64,000 bases of DNA, taken from contig OY969934.1 of the NCBI GenBank assembly GCA_963704725.1, positions 3,200,001 through 3,264,000 of the forward strand, written 5' to 3'. The position numbers and the translations under genes are program-made. This stretch comes from an uncultured Actinomycetes bacterium (lineage in GTDB: Bacteria > Actinomycetota > UBA4738 > HRBIN12). Under the pieces are notes generated by a model, which had not been told where the DNA came from, searched no databases, and saw only the letters and a program-made list of their open reading frames with translations. This document shows positions 31,817-40,459 of the stretch, piece by piece. Each line of letters begins with the position of its first letter. The stretch's first letter is position 1.

Positions 31817-31840
31817 GCCGTTCTCGGACCGGCCAGTCGG

Positions 31841-31887
31841 TTGACATGCCTGCTCAGCGGGGTAAAGTCCGCTGAACCTCGGTTCAG
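31841..31887 (+). promoter_or_regulatory. tetR promoter with autoregulatory operator C
   Basis: TTGACA-N16-TAAAGT followed by the palindrome CTGAACCTCGGTTCAG (31872-31887). Confidence 0.7.
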
Positions 31888-31962
31888 ACGCGTGGTCGAA
31901 CCGCGCGCCCGGCTGTCCGGCGTTCAGGACCGCGTCGAGGGCCGGGTGGAGGGAAGGACGGC

Positions 31963-32595
31963 ATGAGCACGAGCGCGAAGAACACCAAGGACCGGCACCA
32001 GGAGATCCTCGACGCGGCCGCCCGCGTCATCACAGACCGGGGGCTCGCGGAGACCCGCATCTCGGACATCGCCGAGCAGGCCGGGGTCTCGCCGGGGCTG
32101 ATCCTGTACTACTTCGAGTCCAAGGACCGGCTACTCGCCGAGGCCCTCACGTTCGCCAACGACCAGTTCTACCTGCGGACGTCGCGGGAGATCCGCCGCA
32201 TGCCGAGCGCGATCGACCAGCTCCGCCGCCTCGTCGACCTCTCGGTGCCGGGGTACCTGCCCGAGTTCGGCCGCCTCGACGAGTGGGCGCTGTGGATCGA
32301 GGTGTGGGTCCGGGCTCTGCGCGACGCCGACATGGCCAAGGAGCGCGAGGTCCTCGACGAGCGCTGGCGCAGCCAGATCGCCGAGATCGTCCGCGCCGGC
32401 AGAGAGTCCGGCGAGTTCACCGCGAAGGTCGACGTCGACGAGGTCTCGCTCCAGCTCGCTTGTCTGATCGACGGGCTCGCGATCCAGGTCGTCATGAACG
32501 ACCCGAAGGTCACGCCGGAACGCATGCACCGCTCGTGCATGGAGGTCGCCGCCCACGAGCTCGGCTTCGCGCTCGAGCCGGCGGCCAAGGCGTGA
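31963..32595 (+). CDS. TetR family regulator with BetI-type C-terminal domain
   Basis: EILDAAARVI..RG..TRISDIAEQAGVSPGLILYYFESKD HTH; LIDGLAIQ C-terminal motif. Confidence 0.92.
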   Translation: MSTSAKNTKDRHQEILDAAARVITDRGLAETRISDIAEQAGVSPGLILYYFESKDRLLAEALTFANDQFYLRTSREIRRMPSAIDQLRRLVDLSVPGYLPEFGRLDEWALWIEVWVRALRDADMAKEREVLDERWRSQIAEIVRAGRESGEFTAKVDVDEVSLQLACLIDGLAIQVVMNDPKVTPERMHRSCMEVAAHELGFALEPAAKA

Positions 32596-32648
32596 CTCGC
32601 TCGGCAATGCCAGCCATTCCGACGACCATGAGTCGCAAGCGCCTCGTG

Positions 32649-33053
32649 CTACTCGTCCTCCCTCTTCCTGAGTCGGGTCTTGATGTCCGACCAGGTTCGA
32701 AAAGACGTGTGTGGAGACGCAATCCCCATGACCAGTAGGAACCCGCCGACGACACCAGACAGGGCTGGCAGTGCGCCAGGGGCGGACCTCGCAACTGCAG
32801 CCCCTGCACCAACTGCGAGAAGTCCCCAACCCCACGCCGCTCTTGGCGGGGTTTCAGGACGACGCGGGCCGCGTCGTCACGACCGTCTGGCGGCCACAAC
32901 GCCGCCGGACCCCCCCACCATGGCCGACACCAAGAGGGCGGGGCCCTTTGCGTCATACGACAGGAGTGCCGCTAGGAAGATCGCTGCAGCGACTAGCAAT
33001 AGAAATAGCCGCCCCGGGAATGTCTCCCTGATCCGAAGATCGCGGAGCATCAT
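32649..33053 (-). pseudogene. Small multi-TM membrane protein gene interrupted by an in-frame TGA
   Basis: The frame continues past TGA 32877-32879 into two more hydrophobic segments and ends at TAG 32649; atypical codon usage. Confidence 0.5.
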
Positions 33054-33229
33054 GCTCGGTCGCACCAGCGGAGCATAGAGGCCACGAAGCCGACCCCTCA
33101 TGGCCTCCCTTCGCCGCCGGAGGCCCCGCGATTGATTCGGTTCGCAAGCGAGAGGCGGCCCGGAGTGAAGTCACTTGCCCATCGTCGGTCGGAACTTCAC
33201 CTCCGGGGAAAGACGTGCCGGTCGCTTTC

Positions 33230-33559
33230 TTAGGCAATCAAAGAACCCGGCTCGACGTCGCGGTCGGGACGGAGAAGCACCACACCGTGCTCGTCCGAGT
33301 AGGCGCCGAGCACAAGCACCTCGCTCTTGAAGCCCGCTACGCGCTTGGACTCGAAGCCGAGGACGCAGACCACCTGGCGCCCGACGAGATCGTCCTTCGC
33401 GTAGTGGGTCGCCTGCGCGCTCGAGCGTCGCGTGCCGCGGGGACCGAAGTCGAGCGTCAGCTTGTACGCGGGGTTCCGAGCCTCGGGGAAGTCCTCGACC
33501 TCGGTGATCATGCCCACCGCGAGCTCAAGCCGCTCGAACTCGTCCCAGGTCGCCGTCAT
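33230..33559 (-). CDS. csaA: tRNA-binding / chaperone CsaA-like protein
   Basis: FPEARNPAYKL.LDFG, SSAQ, GFKSEVLVLG. Confidence 0.85.
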   Translation of the reverse strand: MTATWDEFERLELAVGMITEVEDFPEARNPAYKLTLDFGPRGTRRSSAQATHYAKDDLVGRQVVCVLGFESKRVAGFKSEVLVLGAYSDEHGVVLLRPDRDVEPGSLIA

Positions 33560-33996
33560 CCGGCGAAGCGCTCGAGGTCGGCCATGTGCTCCTCGTAGTG
33601 CTCGAACGTCTCGCCGGCGAACCACTCGATGGCATCGGCATCCACCTCGGGAAGCTCGTCCCATCGTCGTCGGACGAGGTCGCGGGCGGCGGCGAGCCCC
33701 GACCAGATCGCGTCGCCGTCCATCGTCCGGGCCGCCGCCGCGAACGCCTCGTTCATCGCCTCCACCTCGTCGGTGGTCTCTTCGAGCCCCTCGTGGACTC
33801 CGTCCCGAAGCCGCTCGAGGATCTCCGCGCACCGGTCGACCCATCCGGCCACGTGCCACAGCAGGTCGTTCACCGACCAGCCCGGCAACACGCCCTCGGT
33901 CGCCCACCGGTCGCGCGGGATCCGCTGCACGGCGGCCTCGAACGCCGACCAGGCGTCGGCCTCGCGGGACGCGAGCTCGGATCGCGGGTCGCTCAT
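33556..33996 (-). CDS. DinB / maleylpyruvate isomerase N-terminal-like four-helix protein
   Basis: GWSVNDLLWHVAGW and HYEEH motifs; coupled to both neighbours by ATGA overlaps. Confidence 0.78.
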   Translation of the reverse strand: MSDPRSELASREADAWSAFEAAVQRIPRDRWATEGVLPGWSVNDLLWHVAGWVDRCAEILERLRDGVHEGLEETTDEVEAMNEAFAAAARTMDGDAIWSGLAAARDLVRRRWDELPEVDADAIEWFAGETFEHYEEHMADLERFAG

Positions 33997-35168
33997 CCGG
34001 TCAGCATACGGACGCCGCGCTTGGCGAGCTGGTCGGCCACGATGTTGCGCTGGATCTCCGAGGTTCCCTCCCAGATGCGGTCGACGCGCAGCTCGCGGTA
34101 GAAGCGCTCGGCGACGTTCTCGCGCATGTATCCGCGGCCGCCGAAGATCTGCAGGGCGCGATCGGCCACGCGGTTGGCCATCTCGCTCGCGTAGAGCTTG
34201 GCCATCGAGCACTGGGCGTGCTGCACCTTGAGGTCGACGCCGCGGTCGATGTTCTTGGCCAGCTCGTACGTCATGAGCCGGGCCGCCCACAGCTCGGTCA
34301 GCGAGTCCGCCAGCATGTGCTGGATCGCCTGGAACGAGATGATCGGGGCGCCGAACTGCACGCGCCCCTTGGCGAACGCCGTGGCCTCCTCGATGAGCCG
34401 CTCGGCGGCCCCGCAGCACCGGGCGGCGATCATGAGGCGCTCGTACCGGAACCACTCGTACGTGAAGTCGAGGCCGTCGCCCTCGGCGCCGACCCGATAG
34501 GCCTCGGGAACACGGACGCCCTCGAACGCCACGATGGCGTGGGTATCGGCGTACGTGTGCGAGTACGCGGGCTCGCGCACCAGACGCACGCCGGGCGTGT
34601 CCTTGTCGACGAAGAACATGGCGTGGGCGCCGGCGTTCGGTCCGTCGGCGACCTTGGCCTGGAAGAACAGGTAGTCGGACGTGTTGAACGACGTGACGTG
34701 CCACTTGAGGCCGTCGAGCACGTACCCGTCGCCGTCGCGGCGCGCGGTGGCCGCGATCGCGTCGACGTCGGAGCCGGCGCCCTCCTCCGTGATCGCGTAG
34801 CACTCCCGCCGCTCGCCGCGGATCGAGGGGACGATCCAGCGCTCGAGCTGCTCGGGGCTGACGACCTTCGGCGCCCACGCCGGCGGCGTGTGCACGCACC
34901 AGCCGAGGGCGTTCGTCACCCGGCCGAGCTGCTCGGAGACCAGGACCTGCTGGAGCATGGTCATGCCGCCGCCGCCGAGCTCGCGCGGCATGTTCATCGA
35001 GTACAGGCCGAGCTCGACCGCCAGTCGGTGATGGCGCTCACGCAGCTCGTCGGGGAGCCGCCCGCCGTGCATCTCCGCCTCGACCTCGTGCGGGATGAGC
35101 TCCTCGTCGACGAAGCGCCGGGCGCGCTCCTGGATCTCGCGGTCCTCGTCGGACATCGGATACGTCAT
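33993..35168 (-). CDS. Acyl-CoA dehydrogenase
   Basis: YAITEEGAGSD, RVQFGAPI, FQAIQ, QIFGGRGY, IWEGTSEIQ; GGAGG RBS. Confidence 0.93.
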   Translation of the reverse strand: MTYPMSDEDREIQERARRFVDEELIPHEVEAEMHGGRLPDELRERHHRLAVELGLYSMNMPRELGGGGMTMLQQVLVSEQLGRVTNALGWCVHTPPAWAPKVVSPEQLERWIVPSIRGERRECYAITEEGAGSDVDAIAATARRDGDGYVLDGLKWHVTSFNTSDYLFFQAKVADGPNAGAHAMFFVDKDTPGVRLVREPAYSHTYADTHAIVAFEGVRVPEAYRVGAEGDGLDFTYEWFRYERLMIAARCCGAAERLIEEATAFAKGRVQFGAPIISFQAIQHMLADSLTELWAARLMTYELAKNIDRGVDLKVQHAQCSMAKLYASEMANRVADRALQIFGGRGYMRENVAERFYRELRVDRIWEGTSEIQRNIVADQLAKRGVRMLTG

Positions 35169-35203
35169 CCCGCCCCACCTCCGGCGCGAAGCATAGGGCC
35201 GCC

Positions 35204-35219
35204 TTGAACGATCGTTCAA
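35204..35219. promoter_or_regulatory. Putative TetR operator D (perfect palindrome)
   Basis: TTGAACGATCGTTCAA; overlaps the likely -35 of the acyl-CoA dehydrogenase promoter (-10 TATGCT on the minus strand at 35195-35190). Confidence 0.8.
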
Positions 35220-35626
35220 TCCCGCCGGGGGGACCCCTCCTCCCCCTCGCCCGATCGGGCGGACTCCTCCTCTCGGTCTCGCAGCCGCTCGAGCTCCTCC
35301 CCGCTCAACCGCTCGGCACCCACGATCGCGTTGTGCGCCTCCGTCGTGACCCGGATGAGCTCGTCGAGCTTGACGTGCAGCGCCGTGGAGTCGCGGTTGA
35401 GCGAGTTCTGGATCACGAACACCATGAGGAACGTCAGCACGGTCGTGCCCGTGTTGATCACGAGCTGCCACGTGTCGGAGAAGCCGAACAGTGGCCCCGA
35501 CACCGCCCATGCCACGACGACCACCGCGGCCAGCGCGAAGGCCCCCGCGTGTCCCGTCAGTCGCGCCCCGCCGCTCGCGAAGCGGTCGAACCGTTCCTGC
35601 CAAGTCGAAGCATCCTCGTCGGGCAT
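35216..35626 (-). CDS. Low-affinity iron permease family protein
   Basis: GPLFGFSDTWQLVINTGTTVLTFLMVFVIQN..NRD..ALHVKLDELI. Confidence 0.88.
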   Translation of the reverse strand: MPDEDASTWQERFDRFASGGARLTGHAGAFALAAVVVVAWAVSGPLFGFSDTWQLVINTGTTVLTFLMVFVIQNSLNRDSTALHVKLDELIRVTTEAHNAIVGAERLSGEELERLRDREEESARSGEGEEGSPRRD

Positions 35627-35749
35627 CCCGCCTCCTTGCGTTCGTGGCGAGGATTCCCGTGAGGTGGCCCCGGCAATCCCTGGGACCGGCCCGGCGCTCA
35701 GCGCGCAGGGCGGCGGAGCGAGAGGTGCCCGAGGCGGGCGGGTAGCGGA

Positions 35750-37054
35750 TCAGCCCTGGGAGCCGTCGCCGACGAAGAGCGCGACGGCGCGACCGGCCAC
35801 GACCGCCTCTCCCGGCGTCGGGTCCGTCCGGACGACCTCGCCGTCGGGTCCGGGTACCGAGGCGACCAGGCCCACCGTCAGCCCCGCCTGCTCCAGGAGC
35901 TGCGTCGCCTCGTCGACCCGGTGCCCGAGGACGTCGGGAACGGTGGCGCGCTCCACGGGCGCGACGACGGACGCCGAGACCGAGGCGGACGGGGCCTCGG
36001 GCGGGGCGTCGCCGCCGCCCAGGAGAACGAGCGCACCCCCGACGACCGCCGCGAGGGCGACGAGCGCCGCCAGCGCGGCGACGAGTCGCCTGGAGCGTCG
36101 AGGCGCCCTCGGGGAGGGCGGCAGCTCGACGAACCGATCCTCGCGGACCGGAGGCACCCGCGGTGCCGGTGCCTCGGGCTCCACCGACGGGGCGACGATC
36201 GGTGCCGGTGCCTCGGGTTCCACCGACGGGGCGACGATCGGTGCCGCCGGCCAGTCGGCGGGCGTGAGCTCGAGCTCCACGGCGGGGGCCCGGGACCCGG
36301 GAGTCTCGGCGCTCGGAGCGTTCCGGCCGAGCTCCCGGGCGAGCTGGGCCATCTCGGGCCGCAGGCGCGGGTGGGGGGACCGCGATCGCTCGAGCAGCGT
36401 CGCTGCCTCCGCAGGCAGATCCGCCTCCCACGGCCGTTCGGCCTCGCCCTCGCCCGGCCGGGCGGCCGTCCCCGAGACGAGCCGATCGAACAGCTCGGCG
36501 AGCGCGAGCACGTCGGCCGGCCCCCGGTCGGTCAGCGTCGGGCCCCGCCGCGCCTCCCCCTCCTCGAGCAGCTCGCCGAGTCCGACGTCGATCACCTTGA
36601 CGCCGCCGTCCTGGTCGACCACCACGCTCGAGGCCGTGAGCGCCCCGTGGTAGATCCACGCGACGTGCGCGGAGGCGAGCCCGTCCGCCACGGCCGCGAT
36701 CAGGCGGAGCGATCCCGGGACGTCGAGCGCCTCGCCGCGCGCCAGACGCCGAGCCACCGGCTCGCCCGACGCCCCGTACACGACCACCGCCTGCCGCCCC
36801 GCCACCCATCGGAGATCGTGATGGAGCAGCGGGGCGAGATGGGGACTCGCGGCCCGCCACTGGAGCCGGCGGAGCTGCGACGTCACCCGGTGCAGGGCGG
36901 CCGGATCCGACGTCAACCGCTCGTCGAGAAGCCGGACGCAGACGGCCGCTCCCGAACGGTCGTCCACCCCCCGCCAGAGGGTGCCGAGCGCGTCCTCGCT
37001 CAGGATCTCGGAGACGGGGTATCGCCGGCCGGACCCGACGACCGTCGGCTGCAT
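35750..37054 (-). CDS. PknB-like pseudokinase with TM helix and one PASTA domain
   Basis: Kinase-fold order of motifs with degenerate catalytic residues; TM helix; VPDVLG...A...L..AGL PASTA pattern. Confidence 0.78.
   Translation of the reverse strand: MQPTVVGSGRRYPVSEILSEDALGTLWRGVDDRSGAAVCVRLLDERLTSDPAALHRVTSQLRRLQWRAASPHLAPLLHHDLRWVAGRQAVVVYGASGEPVARRLARGEALDVPGSLRLIAAVADGLASAHVAWIYHGALTASSVVVDQDGGVKVIDVGLGELLEEGEARRGPTLTDRGPADVLALAELFDRLVSGTAARPGEGEAERPWEADLPAEAATLLERSRSPHPRLRPEMAQLARELGRNAPSAETPGSRAPAVELELTPADWPAAPIVAPSVEPEAPAPIVAPSVEPEAPAPRVPPVREDRFVELPPSPRAPRRSRRLVAALAALVALAAVVGGALVLLGGGDAPPEAPSASVSASVVAPVERATVPDVLGHRVDEATQLLEQAGLTVGLVASVPGPDGEVVRTDPTPGEAVVAGRAVALFVGDGSQG
36161..36246. 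repeat. 39-bp tandem repeat (2.2 copies) in the pseudokinase linker
   Basis: Encodes APIVAPSVEPEAP twice; one mismatch between copies. Confidence 0.9.
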
Positions 37055-37163
37055 GCACCGAATGTAGCCCCCCGCCGTTCGAACACGCCACCGGGGATGC
37101 CGGTAGGTTGCGGGGCTCCGGCGCGAGGCCCCACACTACGCGTCGATCGTCTGGGGGGCGACG

Positions 37164-38474
37164 ATGGAACGTCCAACCGACCGACATCAGAGCGGCGAGG
37201 CGAGCCGCGGCCGGACGCTCTCGCGACGCGAGGTCCTGCGCTCGCTCGGGATGGGGACCGGGGCGCTCCTGCTGGCCTCCCTGGCGGCGTGCGAGCCCGG
37301 CGCACACGACTCGGCGTCCCCCGCCGCCACCGCCTCCGGCTCGGGCGAGCCGGCGGTCGACTGGGACGCGTGGTGGGCGGACCAGCAGCTCACCGGCGAG
37401 GTCGACTTCGCGAACTGGCCGTACTACATCGACCGGACGAAGGGGGATCGCCACCCCTCGCTCGAACGGTTCACGGCCGAGACCGGGATCGACGTGGCCT
37501 ACACGCCGGCGATCCAGGACAACGCCACCTTCCTCGAGCAGATCCGGCCGGCGCTGGAGGCCGGCGAACCGATCGGCTACGACCTCGTGGTGATCTCCAA
37601 CGGCCCCGAGCTCTCGGAGATGATCCGCTCCGGCTGGCTGACGCCGCTCGACCGCTCCCGGCTCCCCACCTTCGACCGGTACGCAGGGCCCCTCGTCCGC
37701 GATCCGATCTGGGATCCGGGCAACCGGCACTCGATCGCCTGGCAGTCGGGGCTGACCGGCATCGCCTACGCGCCGGAGGCGGTCGAGGCGCTCGGCCACG
37801 AGCCGACCAGCATCCAGGACCTGTGGGACCCGGCTCTACGCGGCAAGGTCGGCATGATGAGCGACGTGGTCGAGCTGGGGAGCGCCGGGCTGCTCGCGAT
37901 CGGCGTCGACCCTTCGGTCTCGACCCCCGACAACTGGCGCACCGCCGCCGGGATGCTCCGCCGGCAGCAGGACGCCGTCGAGCCCCGCTACTACGACCAG
38001 GGCTACATCGACGCGCTGACGCGGCGGGACACTTGGATCACGCTCGCGTGGTCCGGGGACATCGTCCAACTCAACAACCTCGGCCACCCGAACGTCCGGT
38101 TCGTGGTCCCGGACGAGGGCGCGATGCTGTGGACCGACAGCATGCTGATCCCCCGCAACGCCGCCCACCCGCTCGACGCCCTCACGCTCATGGACTTCGT
38201 CTACCGGCCGAGGGTCGCGGCGCTGATCGCGGATTGGGTCTGGTACCTCTGCCCCGTTCCGGCCGCGAAGCCGATCGTGGCGCAGCGCCTGCACGACCCC
38301 GAGGTGGCGGGGAGCCCGCTGGTCTTCCCCGGCCCCGACCTCGTCGGCCACGCCGTGGAGGGCGGCGACCAGCAGGAGCTGCTCGGCTCGCGCGTGCGGA
38401 ACTACTACGTCTACACCGATGCCGGCGCGTACCGCGAGTGGGCGGAGACGTTCGAGCCGATCGTGTTCTCCTGA
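37164..38474 (+). CDS. Polyamine ABC substrate-binding Tat lipoprotein (PotD/PotF-like), orphan
   Basis: SRREVL Tat motif, LAAC lipobox, FANWPYYID, WQSGLTGIAY, AWSGD, PDEGAMLWTD. Confidence 0.88.
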   Translation: MERPTDRHQSGEASRGRTLSRREVLRSLGMGTGALLLASLAACEPGAHDSASPAATASGSGEPAVDWDAWWADQQLTGEVDFANWPYYIDRTKGDRHPSLERFTAETGIDVAYTPAIQDNATFLEQIRPALEAGEPIGYDLVVISNGPELSEMIRSGWLTPLDRSRLPTFDRYAGPLVRDPIWDPGNRHSIAWQSGLTGIAYAPEAVEALGHEPTSIQDLWDPALRGKVGMMSDVVELGSAGLLAIGVDPSVSTPDNWRTAAGMLRRQQDAVEPRYYDQGYIDALTRRDTWITLAWSGDIVQLNNLGHPNVRFVVPDEGAMLWTDSMLIPRNAAHPLDALTLMDFVYRPRVAALIADWVWYLCPVPAAKPIVAQRLHDPEVAGSPLVFPGPDLVGHAVEGGDQQELLGSRVRNYYVYTDAGAYREWAETFEPIVFS

Positions 38475-38478
38475 TCCC

Positions 38479-38952
38479 ATGCCCGACACCCCCGCGCTCC
38501 GGGCGCTCGAGGGGACGAGCCTCGCGTTCGAGGTGGTCCGCACCGAGCGCGCCCGCAGCGCCGAGGAGAGCGCCGAGCGCCAGGGCATCGAGCTCGGCAG
38601 CCTCCTGCGCACGATCGTCGTCCGCCGCGGCGCGGGCGACTACGTCTTCGTGCTCGTGCCCGGGGGACGCGAGATCGATTGGAAGAAGCTGCGCGCCCAC
38701 CTCGGCGTCTCACGGCTCTCGCTGCCCGACGCCGAGGAGGCCAGGTCGGCCACCGGCTACGAGCGTGGGACCATCACGCCGTTCGGCTCCGCGACCGCGT
38801 GGCCGGTCGTCGCGGACGCGACCGTCCCGGCGCTCGCACGCGTCGCCATCGGCGGCGGCGCGCACGGCGTGAACCTCCACCTCGCCGGGCCCGACCTTGT
38901 GGCCACCCTCGGCGCGGCGGTCGCGGACGTCACGAAGCCCGGGGAGCGCTGA
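38479..38952 (+). CDS. YbaK/EbsC aminoacyl-tRNA deacylase family protein
   Basis: SAEESA, TGYERGTITPFG, IGGGAHG. Confidence 0.85.
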   Translation: MPDTPALRALEGTSLAFEVVRTERARSAEESAERQGIELGSLLRTIVVRRGAGDYVFVLVPGGREIDWKKLRAHLGVSRLSLPDAEEARSATGYERGTITPFGSATAWPVVADATVPALARVAIGGGAHGVNLHLAGPDLVATLGAAVADVTKPGER

Positions 38953-39008
38953 AGGTCTCCTCGGTCGCGGCGGTCGCGGAGCCCGCCTGCCGGTACCCTT
39001 CCGGGACC

Positions 39009-39995
39009 GTGCGCGTCTTCTCGGGCATCCAGCCGACCGGGCGGAAGCACCTCGGGAACTTCCTGGGGGCGATCCGCAACTACGTGGCCCTGCAGGCAGA
39101 CGGCGACGCCATCTACTGCGTCGTCGACCTGCACGCCATCACCGTCGAGGTCGACCCCGCCGAACTGCGCGAACGCCTCTACGACACCGCGGCGATCCTG
39201 CTCGCCGCCGGGCTCGACCCGGCGCGCTGCATCCTGTTCCGCCAGTCGGACGTCCGCGAGCACTCCGAGCTCTGCTGGATGCTCACGTCGGTCGCGTCCT
39301 ACGGCGAGGTCTCCCGGATGACGCAGTTCAAGGAGAAGTCCGAGCAGCAGCGCTCGTTCGTCTCGTCCGGGCTGTTCCTGTACCCGGTGCTCCAGGCCGC
39401 CGACATCCTCGCCTACCAGACGAACGAGGTGCCGGTCGGCGAGGACCAGAAACAGCACCTCGAGCTGGCGCGGAACATCGCCGAGCGGTTCAACACGCGG
39501 TTCGGGGACACGTTCACGGTCCCGGCGCACCGCATCCCCCCGGTGGCGGCGCGGGTCAAGGACCTCCAGGTGCCCGAGAGCCGGATGTCCACGACGGCGG
39601 GCACGGAGCAGGGGACCGTCTACATCCTCGACGAGGACGACGTGATCCGGAAGAAGTTCCGCTCGGCCGTCACCGACACCGGTCGGGAGATCGTCCGCGG
39701 GCCGGACAAGCCAGGCATCTCGAACCTCATCGAGCTCCTCGCCGCGGCCCGGGGCACGACCCCCGAGGAGGTGGAGAAGACGTACGCGGACGCGCCCGGA
39801 TACGCGGACTTCAAGCGCGACGTCGGCGAGGCGGTCGTCGAGCTCCTCGCGCCGGTGCGCGAGCGCTTCGGTCCGATCCGCGCCGACGTCACCGCCCTCG
39901 AGGAGACCCTGCGGGACGGAGCCGAGCGCGCACGGGCGATCGCGTCCGAGACCGTGGCCCTGGCGCGCTCGCGGATGGGGCTGGGGCCGGCGTAG
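39009..39995 (+). CDS. trpS: Tryptophanyl-tRNA synthetase
   Basis: FSGIQPTG, HLGN, VDLHAIT, YPVLQAADIL, VPVGEDQKQHLEL, SAVTD. Confidence 0.95.
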   Translation: MRVFSGIQPTGRKHLGNFLGAIRNYVALQADGDAIYCVVDLHAITVEVDPAELRERLYDTAAILLAAGLDPARCILFRQSDVREHSELCWMLTSVASYGEVSRMTQFKEKSEQQRSFVSSGLFLYPVLQAADILAYQTNEVPVGEDQKQHLELARNIAERFNTRFGDTFTVPAHRIPPVAARVKDLQVPESRMSTTAGTEQGTVYILDEDDVIRKKFRSAVTDTGREIVRGPDKPGISNLIELLAAARGTTPEEVEKTYADAPGYADFKRDVGEAVVELLAPVRERFGPIRADVTALEETLRDGAERARAIASETVALARSRMGLGPA

Positions 39996-40005
39996 GGATC
40001 GCATC

Positions 40006-40428
40006 GTGTCGAGCGCTTATCGCGTCGAGCTTCGGACCGTCGCCGGAGGGCCGACGGCGCTCGGATCCGCCGGCGGCCACACGCTCGTGGTCGATCGACC
40101 GACTTCGGCCGGCGGCGCCGGGCTCGGATTCAACGGCGGGCAGCTCCTGTATCTCGCGATCGCCGCCTGCATCTCGAACGACCTGTACCGCGAGGCGGCG
40201 GCCATGGGGGTCGTCGTGGCCGACGTCGTCGTGGAGGTCGACGGCGACTTCCCAGCGCCGGGGTCGGCGTCGACCCCGATCGAGGTCGCGGTGGACCTCG
40301 CCGGAGACGGGCCCGAGGAGGTCTTGCGCGCCCTGCTGGACCGGGTCGTCGACATGGCGGAGATCCCGAAGTCGCTGATCGGCACCACGCCGATCACGGT
40401 CTCCGCCCGCCGCATCGTCCGGCGTTAG
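40006..40428 (+). CDS. OsmC family protein
   Basis: VDRP..AGG.GLGFNGGQLLYLAIAAC. Confidence 0.82.
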   Translation: MSSAYRVELRTVAGGPTALGSAGGHTLVVDRPTSAGGAGLGFNGGQLLYLAIAACISNDLYREAAAMGVVVADVVVEVDGDFPAPGSASTPIEVAVDLAGDGPEEVLRALLDRVVDMAEIPKSLIGTTPITVSARRIVRR

Positions 40429-40459
40429 CTCCGCGACCGTCTCCGTTCTGCGGACGGCG

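Noticed and set aside
31825-31840. Extra degenerate operator CGGACCGGCCAGTCGG (similar weak matches at 53285 and 45015)
   Set aside because: The outer TGA/TCA arms are missing, so these were not counted among the eight sites.
28044-31844. 1266-aa plus-strand ORF
   Set aside because: Antisense shadow of two well-supported minus-strand genes, common in high-GC DNA.
32877-32879. Selenocysteine reading of the in-frame TGA
   Set aside because: No redox motif context and no convincing SECIS hairpin.
21391-36246. Short tandem repeats as a CRISPR array
   Set aside because: The repeats are contiguous with no unique spacers, mostly in coding frame, and no cas genes are present.
33993-37799. 1268-aa apparent fusion ending in acyl-CoA dehydrogenase
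   Set aside because: The upstream part is off-frame Arg/Gly/Pro-rich text overlapping real genes; the true start with RBS is at 35168.
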